From Mustelus asterias (lineage: Eukaryota), in assembly GCF_964213995.1 (NCBI RefSeq), contig NC_135808.1:12958001-13022000 (forward strand): a DNA stretch of 64,000 bases, written 5' to 3'. How positions within the stretch are numbered: the first letter of the stretch is position 1; each line of letters opens with the position of its first letter. This document shows, piece by piece, positions 1 through 12,891 of the stretch. The notes under the pieces are model-generated. The model saw only the letters and a program-made list of their open reading frames with translations. It was not told the origin of the DNA and ran no database searches. Both the position numbers and the translations under genes were made by a program.

Positions 1-844
1 CTGAGGGAAAATTAAGCATGTCCAATGCGCCTAACCAGCACTTCTTTCGGACTGTGGGAGGAAACCCATGCAGAAACGGGGAGAATGTACAGACTCCACA
101 CAGGCAGTGACCCAAGCCGGGAATCGAACCTGGGTCCCTAGCGCTGTGAGGCTTCAGTATTAACCACTTTGTCACCATTTTCTTAGAGCTTCAGCACCTC
201 AGAATTTGACACTACACTCCTGACTACCTCCTTATTGTCAATCTGAAACCCTTAAAAGTGCTGACGCTCTGACAAAGGGTCGTCCAGACTCAAAACGTTG
301 GTTCTGTTCTCTCTCCACAGATGCTGTCAGACCTGCTGAGATTTTTCCAGTGTTTTTTGTTTTTGTTTCAGATTCCAGCATCCGTTTTTATTTTAGTTGA
401 GGGAGGAGCCAGTTACGAGCTTATCAACTTCCTAACTTTCAACTGTAAAGCAAAGAAAGAGATAAGGGCCGGAATTTTCTGACTGTTCATGCCAGCGGGA
501 TTTTCCCATCCTGCCACAGTGAACGGAAATTTGGCTGTGTCACCGATTTCTCCATCTTCGCTGCAGGGGGAGCGTGACATGAACGGGCGGTAAGATCGTG
601 CCCAAGGATTTGATTTGACTTGATTTATTATTGTCATATGTATTAACATACAGTGAAAAGTAATGTTTCTTGCGCTCTATATAGACAAAACATACCGTTC
701 ATAGAGAAGGAAACGAGAGAGTGCAGAATGTACAGTAATAGCTAGGATGAAGAGAAAGTTCAACTTAATGCAAGGTAAGTCCATTCAAAAGTCTGATGGC
801 AGCAAGGAAGAAGCTGTTCTTGAGTTGGTTGGTACGTGACACTA

Positions 845-1305
845 TTAAAGCAGTCCAGGTTCAAATGCAGCCCGACCTGGACAACATTCAGGTTTGGGCT
901 GATAAGTGGTGAGTAACATTCACATCACATAAATGCCGTGCTGATCATGTCCATGAAGAGAGAATCTAACCATCTCCCACGGAGGTTCAATTACCTTCAC
1001 CAAATTCCCCACTATCAACACCCTGGGAATTATCATTGACCAGAAACTGAACTGGACCAGTCATATAAATACTGTGGCTACAAGAGCAGGTCAGAGGCTG
1101 GGAATTCTGGGTGGAGTAATCCACCTCCTGACTCCCTAAAACCTGTCTGCCATCGACAAGGCACAAGTCAGGAGTGTGATGGAATACTCTCCACTTGCCT
1201 GGATGAGTGCCACAATACTCAAGAAGCTCAACACCATCCAGGACAAAGCAACCCCGTTGTTTGACAACCCATCCACCACACTAAACATTTACTGCCTCCA
1301 CACTG
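845..1305 (+). mobile_element. L2/Crack-like LINE RT fragment
   Basis: DLDNIQ.WADKW, MEYSPLAWMSA..LKKLNTIQDKA. Confidence 0.65.
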
Positions 1306-1526
1306 ATTATAAAATTCCTACAGTGCAGAAGAAGGCCATTCAGCCCATTGAACCTGCACCAACAGCAATCCCACCCAAGCCTTAATCCCATGTGTTTACC
1401 CGACTATTCCCTTTTACCTACACATCTTGGAACATGCAGGGGCAATTTAGTGTGGTTAATCCAACTAACTTGCAAATCTTTTGATTGTGGGAAGAAACTG
1501 GAGCACCCGAAGGAAACCCATGCAGA

Positions 1527-2335
1527 CAAAGAACAAAGAGATTTACAGCACAGGAACAGGCCCTTCGGCTCTCCAAGCCTGCACCGACCATGCTACCCGA
1601 CTTAACTAAAACCCCCTACCCTCGCACCTTAAACCTATACCCCCTAGTAATTGACTCTTCCACCCTGGAAAAAAGCTTCTGACTATCCACTCTGTCCATA
1701 CCTCTCATAATCTTGTAGATTTCTATCAGGTCTCCCCTCAACCTCCGTCGCTCCAGTGAGAACAAATCAAGTTTCTCCAACCTCTCCTCATAGCTAATGC
1801 CCTCCATACCAGGCAACATCCTGGTAAATCTTTTCTGTGCCCTCTCCAAAGCCTCCATATCCTTCTGGTAGTGTGGCGACCAGAATTGAACACTATATTC
1901 TAAGTGCGGCCTAACTAAGGTTCTATCAAGCTGCAACATGACTTGCCAATTTTTAAACTCAATACTCCGGCCAATGAAGGCAAGCATGCCGTATGCCTTC
2001 TTGACTACCTTCTCCACCTGCATTGCCACTTTCAGTGACCTGTACACCTGTACACCCAGATCCCTTTGCCTATCAATATTCTTAAGGGTTCTGCCATTTA
2101 CTGTATATTTCCTATCTGTATTAGACCTTCCAAAATGCTTTACCTCACATTTGTTCGGATTAAACTCCATCTGCCACCTTTCTGCCCAAGTCTCCAACTG
2201 ATCTATATCCTGCTGTATTCTCTGATGGTCCTCATCGCTATCCGCAAATCCACCAACCTTTGTGTCGTCCGCAAACTTACTAATCAATCCAGTTACATTT
2301 TCTTCCAAATCATTTATATATATTACAAACAGCAA
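1527..2335 (-). mobile_element. CR1 3' fragment inserted in a SINE
   Basis: ORF 1616..2371 FADD, HLEY.VQFWSP. Confidence 0.9.
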
Positions 2336-5300
2336 AGACATTGGGAGAATGTGTGGACTCCGCATAGACAATCACCCAAGCCGAGAATTGAGCTTCAGTC
2401 CCTGGCGCTGTGAGGCAGCAGTGCTAACCACTGAGCCACCATGCCGCAGTATGTTTCATCAACGCAGTGCACTACAGCAACTCACCAAGCCTCCTTTGAC
2501 AGCATTTTCCAGTCCTACAACTTGTACCATCTAGAAAGGCAAGCAGCAGCTGCATGGGAACACGACCACCTGCAAATTCCCCTCCAAGGCGCACACCATC
2601 CTAACTTAGACCACAACTTCTCGCATGACTCAGATGAAGAGCCAGTGAAACACGGCCTAGTTGGCTGTGTCTCAATTGCCTCAGAATTGTTGTTGGCTCC
2701 TGCAACGCCCCCTTTTGCAGTCGTGGGGATGTGTCCAAATTAAATCTGTCAACTGTGACTGTGGAGAGGAATTCCAAAGGAGGAAAGAGTCTTTGGAATA
2801 CCCTCTGTTACCACAGTCACAAGAATCTGAACGCCTTCAACTCTGGAGACAGAGAATGCATGGAAATCGGACACAGATTTGGAAACATGACAGGAAGATT
2901 TCATAGCTTCAGGACATCTCAAAGTGCTTTGCTGCCAATGAGGTACTTTTGTAATGTACAGTATTCATGCAAGAGGTACAGCACCAAGTGTGCACCCACA
3001 CACAGAATTGATACAGTAGCCAAATAATCAGTTTCAGTGAGACTGGGTGGAAGATAATCATTGGCACGAAACCGGGTAGCACTCACAGCCCATCTGCAGA
3101 ATAGTTGGATCTGTTAGGTCCGTCTGAAAGGACAGATGGTGCCTTGGGGCCCACCAACGCCTCTACTTTCTCAGGAGGCTAAGGGAATTCAGCATGTCCA
3201 CTACGACTCTCACCAGTTTTTACAGATGTACAAACGAAAGCATCCATTCAGGATGTAACACAGCTTGGTATGGCTCCTGCTCTGCCCAAGACCGCAAGAA
3301 ACTGCAAAGGGTTGTGAACGTAGCCCAGTCCATCATGCAAAGCAGCCTCCTATCTACTGACTCCGTCTACACTTCCCGCTACCTCATAAAAGCAATCAGC
3401 ATAATCAAGGACCCCACGCACCCCGGAAAAACTCTCTTCCACCTTCTTCCAACAGGAAAAAGGTACAAAAATCTGAGATCACGAACCAACTGACTTAAGA
3501 ACAGCTTCTTCCCTGCTGCCATCAGAAGTTTGAATGGTCCTACCATATATTACGCTGATCTTTCTCTTCACCCTATTGGTAACTCCAACATTACATTCTG
3601 CACCCTATCCTTTCCTTCTCCTCTATGTACTCTATGACTGTTTTGTCTCTAATAACTCACAAGAAACAAAACATTTCACTATCCCAATACATGTGGTAAT
3701 AATAAATCAAATCAAATCAATTCAATTGGTTTTATGTTCTATCTGGAAGTCGCATCTCTGGCAGTGTAGCACTCCCTAAGTACTCCACTGAAGTGTCACC
3801 CTAGATTTGATACTCAAGTTCCTGGAGGTGAACATGAACAAGAAACCTCCTGGCATGGAGCCAAGGATTGTTTTCCTTCATTCTTACATGAGACGTGGGT
3901 ATTACTGGCAAAGTCAGCATTTATTGCCAGTCCCTAATTTCCCTTAAAATGAGTGGCTTGCTAGGCCACTTCGGAGGGCAATTAAGAGTCAACCACATTG
4001 CTGTGGGTCTGGAGACACAAGTAGGCCAAACTCAGTTAGCAAAGCAGCTTTCTTTCCCCAGAGGACATTAGTGAACCCGATGAGTTATTATGTCAATCAA
4101 TTATAGCTTTATACTTACCATTTCTGAGACTAACTTCATATTCAAAATTTATTGATTGAATTCAAATTGCCATGGTGGGATTTGAACCCATATCCTCAGA
4201 GCATTAGCCTCGGATTCTGGATTCAGTGTGTTTGCAGGCCTGTGGAAGCACTGTTCAGTCTGACACCTGCTGGTCACTCATTGATACTGCACCATGGCTG
4301 CAGGCAAGGAAGTTGAAATGCATTGAAGTTAGGCCTAAAGATTGCAGAAGACCAGATATAAGTTATCCCTAATATTTACCGTTGGATGGTAAACTCACCT
4401 TTGCTGCTCCATATCCGGTTGTGTTGGCAGTAGAAGTCGGGGAGATATGGCCGAAGTTTAAAATGCAATGGCAGATATTTTATAAATCATAGAATCACTA
4501 CAGTGCAGAAAGAGGCTGTTCGGCCCATCAAGCATGCACTGACAACAATCCCACCCAGGCCCTATCCCCAACATCATATATTTAACCTGCTAGCCCCGCT
4601 GACACAAAGGATTTGATTTTGATTTGATTTATTATTGTCACAAGTATTTACAGTGAAAAGTGTTGTTTCTTGCGCGTTATAAAGACAAAACATACCGTTC
4701 ATAGAGAAGGAAATGAGAGAGTGCAGAATGTAGTGTTACAGTCATAGCTAGGGTGCAGAGAAAGATCAACTTAATGCAAGGTAGGTCCATTCAAAAGTCT
4801 GACGGCAGCAGGGAAGAAGCTGCTCTTGAGACGTTTGGTATGTGACCTCAAGCTTTTGTATCCTTTTCCCGAAGGAAGAAGGTAGAAGAGAGAATGTCCA
4901 GGGTGCATGGGGTCCTTAATTATGTTGGCTACTTTGCCGAGTCAGCGGGAAGTGTAGACAGAGTCAATGGATGGGAGGCTGGTTTACCATGGTCAATCAA
5001 CTTAACCCGCTCTTTGGATTGCGGGAAGAAACCAGAGCACCCGGAGGAAACCCATGCAGACACAGAGGAGAATGTGCAAACTCCACACAGACAGTCACCC
5101 AAGGCCAGAATTGAACCCAGGTCCCTGGCGCTGTGAGGCAGCAGTGCTAACCGCTGTGCCACCGTGCTGCCCAAATAATCATTCACTGAAATGGTTAAAT
5201 CAATGATTCTGGTGTACTGCAAAGGTGCTCTGGTGCTAAAAAGAAAGATGTGCATTTGAAAAGCACTTTGCACAACCTCAGGACACCCCAAAGCATTTCA

Positions 5301-7160
5301 AGGCGAATAAATAGGTGAAACTGCAACTTCTGTAGTTCAATAGGCAAACACAGGGGGAATTTGTGTGCAGTAATATCCCATAAAGCAGAATGAGATCAAT
5401 AGCCATTGAACCTATTTTGATAGTATTGGTTGAAGGCATAATCACTGTTGGCACAGTAGTTAGCACTGCTGCCTCACAGTGCCAGGGACCCGAGTTTGAT
5501 TCCAGGCTTGGGTCACTGTCTGTGTGGAGTTTGCACGTTCTCCCTGTTCCTGCGTGGGTTTCCTCCGGGTGCTCTGGTTTCCTCCCATACTCCAAAAATG
5601 TGGTTGATTGGCCATGCAAAATTGCCCCTTCGTGTCAAGTGGATTTGCAGGGTAAATATGTGTGGTTATGGGGATAAGGCCTGGGTGGTATTGTTGTCAG
5701 TGCAGCTTTGATGGGCTGAATGGTCTCCTTATGCTCTGTCGGGATTCTTCTATAACTCTAAATCTTGTTGTTTGACATTGGAATTCAGGTCATTGTTCTG
5801 AGTTGAGTAACTGGTAGCCACTATTTTGATTTGATTTATTATTGTCACATGTATTAGCATGCAGTGAAAAGTATTGTTTCTTATGCACTATACAGACAAA
5901 GCATACCGTTCATAGAAATCATAGAAATCATAGAAACCCTACAGTGCAGAAGGAGGCCATTCGGCCCATCGTGTCTGCACCGACCAAAATCCCACCCAGG
6001 CCCTACCCTAACAATAATCCCTCCTTCAATGTCAACAAAACAAAGGAGATGGTCATCGACTTCAGGAAATGTAGTGGAGGACATGCCCCTGTCTACATCA
6101 ACGGGGACGAAGTAGAAAAATAGAGAAGGAAACAAGGGACTGCAGAATGTAGTGTTACAGTCATAGCTAGGGTGTAGAGAAAGATCAACTTAATGCAAGG
6201 TAGGTCCATTCAAAAGTCTGACAGCAGCAGGGAAGAAGCTGTTCTTGAGACGGTTGGTATCTCAAACTTTTGTTTGAGGTACCGACGGAAGAAGGTGGAA
6301 GAGAGAATGTCCGGGGTGCGTGGAGTCCTTAATTGTGTTGGCTGCTTTGCTGAGGCAGCAGGAAGTATAGACAGAGTGAATGAATGGGAGGCTGGTTTGC
6401 GTGATAGATTGGGCTACATTCACGGCCTTTTGTCATTTCTTGCGGTCTTGGGCAGAGCAGGAGCCATCCCAAGCTGTGATACAACCAGAAGAACGTTTTC
6501 TATGGCGCATCTGTAAAAGTTGGAGAGAGTCGTAGCGGACATGCCAAATTTCCTTAGTCTTCTGAAAAAGTAGAGGCGTTGGTGGGGCTTTCTTAACTAT
6601 AGTGTCGGCATGAGAGAACCAGGACAGGTGGTTGGTGATCTGGACACATAAAAACTTGAAGATGAGATCGACCTGGAGATAACAAGTAGTGAAGTTTGGA
6701 GTTTCGCAACTCTCTTGTGAAAGATCATGAGCTAACTGTGTTTCTTCTCCAGTATCTCCAGTCAGCAATCATGTTAAACATTTGAATCAGCTTTGTCAGG
6801 GCTGCGAATAATCCTACACACCCTTTTGCTGAACACACTCAGTGCTTTCACAATGCTGTTTTGCGATTCCGCTTGTTATAAGCGAGGCAATCCACAACAA
6901 CCACGCACTAATTAGAATCAAGGCGTTTCATTCCCTACAAACAAACTGACCAACGTACCTGACAACGTTTGATAAACCACCCACTGAGGCCCCAGAGATA
7001 ATCTCAGAAAATTCTACTCCATAGCGTAGAATGATCATTACTCGCTGATGACTTCTTAACCACAATTTGTCATCTGGAGACTGTACAAGATTGCCACATA
7101 ATTTTGCCTCATTGAAAATGAATCAGCACGAGACTGAGGGACAGTTGTATTCAGTGTAAA

Positions 7161-7166
7161 TTTATT
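7161..7166 (-). terminator. Candidate polyadenylation signal AATAAA of the 5-TM Ig gene
   Basis: tttatt on + strand in unique sequence downstream of the stop codon. Confidence 0.5.
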
Positions 7167-7436
7167 AAAATGATGGACTGTTAGCGCTTCCATACTTGTC
7201 GATAACATACAAGGGAAAACTGGCGCTCGCAACTCTCCACATTTCAGCATTCAAGGGTGCAAATATCAACCATGATTGAATGGCGGAGCAGACTCGATGG
7301 GCCGATTGGCCTATTTCCGCCCCTATGTCTTATGGAAAATCATGAGGTGTGAGCTCAGCTCCCCGCCTGATATTTCAAGTCTAAATTTAAGGCACTTTGT
7401 TGATGGCAGCAGTGCTCCTAGATTTAAAACAGTTCC

Positions 7437-7516
7437 TCACTTGGCGGCAGTGCTCTCTGATGGAATCAGTTTTGCAATAGTGGTTATGCTGGATTTAATT
7501 ATGTTTCCTTCAGCTC
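7437..7516 (-). CDS. Exon 10 (terminal): GAEGNIIKSSITTIAKLIPSESTAAK*
   Basis: cttttgtctttctttag| strong acceptor, in-frame TGA at 7439-7437; AATAAA ~270 nt downstream. Confidence 0.65.
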
Positions 7517-9076
7517 CTAAAGAAAGACAAAAGTGAATTTAAAGGTAGGCAGGCTTATTTTATTCAAACATGCAAAAATGTAAAATCAACACTTCTTCAT
7601 TTGAATTTGATTTGACCTTTTTTTTGAGTGAAGCATTAAATCAAGCTTTTCCTTTAATACATGAACCATTGAGTCATACAGCATAGAAATAGGCCCTTTG
7701 TCCCAACAAGTCTACGTTGACCATCAAACACCAATCTGTACTAATCCCATGCCTTGGCGATGTAAGTCCTTTTCCAGATCCTTCTTAAATGTTGTGTGAG
7801 TAGCTGCCTCCACCACCAGTTTAATTAGTCAAGACTTCTTCAGATACAGAAACAGAGGTTATACTGCTGCTGTACAGCGCCAGGGACCTGGGTTCAATTC
7901 CGGCCTTGGGTGACTGTGCGGAGTCGGCACGTTCTCCCCGTATCTGTGTGGGTTACCCCCCCAGGTGCTCCAGTTTGCTCCCACAGTTGAAAGATGTGCA
8001 GGTTAGGTGGATTGGCCTTGCTAAATTGCCCCCTTAGTATCCCAAGATGTGTAGCTTGGGGGGGATTGGCAGAGTAAGTGTGTGGGGCTGTGGGGATAGA
8101 GCAGGCGGTGGGCCTGGGTGAGATGCTCCGACTCTCTGACAGAGCATCCCACCCAGGCCCTATCCCCGTAACCCCATGGGCGGGATTTTCCAGCCATGCT
8201 CGCCCCAAAATCGGAAAATCCCACCTCAGGTCAATGGACCTTTCCATGGTCCGCTCCTCGCCCGCTACGATTCCCGTGGCGGGCGGAACAGGAAAATTCA
8301 TCCCTATGTACTTACCTCACTAATCTCCCTAACTTACACATCTTTGGTCACTAAGGGACAATTTAGTATGGCCAATCCACCTAACCCGCACATCTTTCGG
8401 ACTGTGGGAAGAAACCAGGGCACTCAGAAGAAACGCACGCAGACACAGGGCAAACGTGCAAACTGCACACCGACAGTCACCCAAGACCGGAATTGAACCT
8501 GGGTCCCTGGCGCTGTGAGGCAGCAGTACCAACCAATGTGCCACCACGCTGTCCTAAAATACAGGGGTCTTCTCCACTTATGGGGAGGCGATGGCCCAGT
8601 GGTATTAGTGCTGGACTATTAATCCAGAATCTTAGCTAATGTTCTGGAGACCTGCGTTTATATCCCACCACGGCAGATGGTAGAATTTGAATTCAATTTT
8701 AAAAATATCTGGAATTAAGAATCTACTGATGACCATGAAACTATTGTCGATTGTCAGAAAAACCCATCTGGTTCACTAATGTCCTTTAGGGAAGGAAATC
8801 TGCCATCCTTACCTGATCTGGCCTACATGTGACTCTAGAGCTACAGCAATGTGGCTGACTCTCAATTGAGCACGGGCAACTAGGGACGGGCAATAAATGC
8901 TGGCCAGCCAGTGATGGCCATGTCCCACAAATGAATAAAAAAAACTTCAAAACTGCAAAATGAAACAAAATCTTTCTATTCCCACCACAATGATGGCAGG
9001 GACATCCAATTATAGAAAGGGTCAGGGTGGCAGCTGTATTTCTGACAAAGTACTTGTATTTGGTTCCAATACTTAC

Positions 9077-9163
9077 CACTATGTTGACACTCATCAGAAC
9101 TTTTTACGCTTGTGTAGGTATTTGCAGATGGAGTTCCACTTGTCCGTCTTTTCCAATCTATGT
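9077..9163 (-). CDS. Exon 9: cytoplasmic tail (HIDWKRRTSGTPSANTYTSVKSSDECQHS)
   Basis: ctttgcgtcaacag| ... |gtaagt; 87 bp, phase 1-1; basic KRR juxtamembrane patch, YTSV motif. Confidence 0.75.
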
Positions 9164-10246
9164 CTGTTGACGCAAAGGTGCAATGAATTATATTGATACA
9201 AAAATGAATTGGACAAAGATTTTCAGTAACTGGATGATCAGAATCAGTCCGTAGGTTTTTGCCTCAGGACACCTTGGAGTGGATTTTATATTCTCCGATT
9301 GCGTGATGTGAAGGATGAGGGGAAGCATATAAACTCCCTTGGGGGCATTACCCACCAAATGCCCCTGCCCACGCCACAACTGTACGGATGTCAGTGCAGC
9401 TGTTGGGTCGTCCACCCTTGAACCAATTGAGAATATGGGCAATGGTGGCACAGTGGTAGTGTCACTTGACTGATAATCCAGAGGCCCTAGCTGGGACATG
9501 GGTTCAAATCCCATCACAGCAAGTGGTGGAACTTAAATTCAACTCATTGATAAATCTGGAGTTAAAGACAAGTCCGAGTGATACTGACCATAAAAACTAT
9601 CATTGATTGTCGTAAAAAACAGTCTGGCTCACAAATGTCCTTTTGTGTTGTTTAGAAAAAAGAGACACAACTCTGTCATAGCTTTTTGTCTTGCACTCAG
9701 AGGGACAAATGCCAGAATACCAAATTTCAAAGGGAACGACAAATTCATAGGAGACGCAGTGGCCTAGTGGTATTGTCACTGAATTAGTAGGATCAAGGCA
9801 GATGGTGAAACTTGAATATAATAAAAATCTGGAATAAAAAGTCTAATGATGGCCATAAAACCATTGTCAATTGGTCTAAAAGCCCATTTAATTCACTAAT
9901 GTCCTTTATCAGACCCACATGTGACTCCAGATCCACAGCAACCCGACCTCAACCACTCCTTGTTGCAAAGTCCTCCCTGCTTCAATAGTTCACATAAAAT
10001 TCATAGAAATCCTAAAGTGCAGGAGGAGGCCGTTCAGCCCATCAAGTCTGCACTGACAACAATCCCACCTAGGCCCTATCCCTGTAACCCCATAGATTTG
10101 CCCTGCTAATCCCTCTAACCTACGCATCCTGGGTCACTAAGGGGAACCAATGCACCTAACCTGCACACCCTTGGACAGTGGGAGGAAACCGGAGCACCCG
10201 GAGGAAACCCACGCAGATACGGGGAGTATGTGCAAACTTCATACAG

Positions 10247-10600
10247 TAAGAAGTTTAACAACACCAGGTTAAAGTCCAACAGGTTTATTTGGTAGCAAAA
10301 GCCACACAAGCTTTCGAGGCTCTAAGCCCCTTCTTCAGGTGAGTGGGAATTCTGTTCACAAACAGAATTTATAAAGACACAGACTCAATTTACATGAATA
10401 ATGGTTGGAATGCGAATACTTACAACTAATCCAGTCTTTAAGAAACAAAACAATGGGAGTGGAGAGAGCATCAAGACAGGCTAAAAAGATGTGTATTGTC
10501 TCCAGACAAGACAGCCAGTGAAACTCTGCAGGTCCACGCAACTGTGGGAGTTACAAATATTGTGACATGAACCCAATATCCCGGTTGAGGCCGTCCTTGT
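10247..10600 (-). mobile_element. Penelope-like element 3' end/pLTR (GIY-YIG C-terminus GLNRDIGFMS; hammerhead core CTGAAGA...GAAA)
   Basis: Translation of minus strand near 10560-10595; other copies at 35363-35572, 37240-37413, 40040-40188, 41218-41293, 59762-60260. Confidence 0.8.
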
Positions 10601-12789
10601 GTGAAACTCCATACAGACAGTGACCCGAGCCGGGAATCGAACCTAGGTCCCTGGAGCTGTGAGGCAGCAGTGCTAACCACTGTGCCGCATCTCACCCTTG
10701 CGATGATTTTAAAGCGATGAGTTATCACAAACTCCCTATTGTTGCCCATTCACTACCAAAACCAATTTGAAAAACCTCTGAGCCTTCAATGTTCCAGTAG
10801 AAATAACCCCAGTAATTCCAGTCTCTCCCTGTGCTCCCATACATCCTTCTGACATGTACGAATCCCAGGCGTGGGATCCCCAAGTATGGATCAGATTGAA
10901 ACCAATACGTCACACACCAAAATTTACTGTCAGACTTAATTCCAGCCTTAATGTTTTCCTGGACAACAGAGCAGAGGAAACTTGAAGGTTCAGCAGGGTT
11001 CCGAAACAGCTTTCACACAAGAAAAGATGGCATGTTTAGGATTGTTCAGTAAGTGCTGTCCAATCATGGAGTCACATCTAATGTTGGACGCTATGTTCTG
11101 AATGTTGCAAGAACAGGCTGGAGCTCAATTAATCAAATCTCAACATCATGCTTAGTACAGAAGGACAGGGGATGGTTCCTCTGGGTGCAGTGGCCCTTAT
11201 CCTGCAATGCAACAGGACTCCTTAACACCTGGTCATTTACAAATGGAAATTGATAGTATGAATAAAAGCAAAATACTGCAGATGCCAGAAATCTGAAATA
11301 TAAAGGGAAAACACTAGAAAAACACAACAGGTCTGGCACCATCTGTGGAGAGAGAAACATTTTGAGTCCAAATGATTCCATCAGAGCTTTCACTGCCTTC
11401 TCCCTTCTTCCTCAGGCTTTTTTGCCAGACTGGCTGAGTTTTCCCAACATTCTCTGTTTGCATTAATGACAGTCTGATCATTTGACATGTTAACATATAT
11501 CCCCCCACATGTTTACTTTCAGTGACTGGTGTACAAGGACACCCAAGTTCTGTTAAATGTTCCCCTCTCTCAATCTATAGCCATTCTAATGAGTTCAGCC
11601 CAAAACGGGATGGATTTGTTCAAACTATTACTGTTGTCAATTTAAGGCAAGATGTTATCTTTATCATTTAAGTTTTTAAAGTTTATTTATTAGTGCCACA
11701 AGTAGGCTTACATTAACACTGCAATGAAGCTACTGTGAAAATCCCCTAGTCGCCACACTCCGTTGCCAGTTCAGGTACACGGAGGGAGAATTGAGCATGG
11801 CAATGCACCTGACCAGCACATCTTTCAGACTGTGGGAGGAGACCGGAGTACCCGGAGGAAACCCACGCAGACACGGGGAGAACGTGCGGACGCCGCAAGA
11901 CAGTGACCCAAGCCGGGAATCAAACTCTGCCACTGTGGAAGATGAACTCCTAATCATGTGGGATGTAGAGGATGCTTACTCGGAGACCAGCGGCACTGTG
12001 TCGTTAACAAAATAGAACCAAGAAATGCAAAATGAATAAAGAACATTGATAAAGATTCTCCAATTCAGTGTTCCTGACACAAGCCAGGCAATTTCAGTAA
12101 ATTTCACACTCTCAGCTCATCATTGCATTTAATGAAAATGTACAGAGCTGGAGGTTTGAGAATTTATTATTTGTTATTAGTGTCACAAGTAGACTTACAT
12201 TGATGCTGCAATGAAGTTACTGTGAAAATCCCCTAGTCGCCACACTCCGGTGCCTGTTTGGGGACACTGAGGGAGAATTTAGCATGGCCAATGCATCTAA
12301 CCAGCACGTCTTTCGGGAATTGAACCCAGGTCCTTCGCGCAGTGAGGCAGCAGTGCCAAGCACTGTGCCACCGTGACACCCAAAACCACGTGGGAATGGA
12401 CTGATCCTCTCAAAGTCCATTCCATTCTTGAAATGCAATGAAGTTACTACGAAAACCCCCTAGTTGCCACACTCTGGCACCTGTTCGGGTACACTGAGGG
12501 AGAATTTAGCATGGCCAATGCACCTAACCAGCATGTCTTTCGAACTGTGGGAGGAGACCAGATCACCCGGAGGAAACCCACACAGACACGGGGAGAATGT
12601 GCAGACTCCACACAAAGGGAATCGAACCAGGGTCCCTGGTGCTCTGAGGCAGCAGTGCTAACTATTGTGCCATGTTTCCTAGCTGTTCATCATGAGTAAC
12701 TGAAGTGAAAAACCCATTCAAGGTTTCTGCTCACAGGACCGTGAGTCCTTTATAATAGATTTTAAACAACATCTGTTATCATTGCTTAC

Positions 12790-12891
12790 GTATTTTGTAG
12801 AGCTGAAAGGTTGCACCAAGAATAACCAATGTCAATACCACAGCAGGGATTATCGTTGGCCATAAGTAGGCTGCTGGTTCACATTCTTCAC
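12790..12891 (-). CDS. Exon 8: extracellular loop Cys + TM5 (GEECEPAAYLWPTIIPAVVLTLVILGATFQLYKI)
   Basis: ccctctgttgccag| ... |gtaagc; 102 bp, phase 1-1. Confidence 0.85.

Noticed and set aside
10700-11250. Additional cytoplasmic exon between TM5 and the tail exon
   Set aside because: Weak acceptors; the phase-1 frame stops within about 10 codons; no good donor
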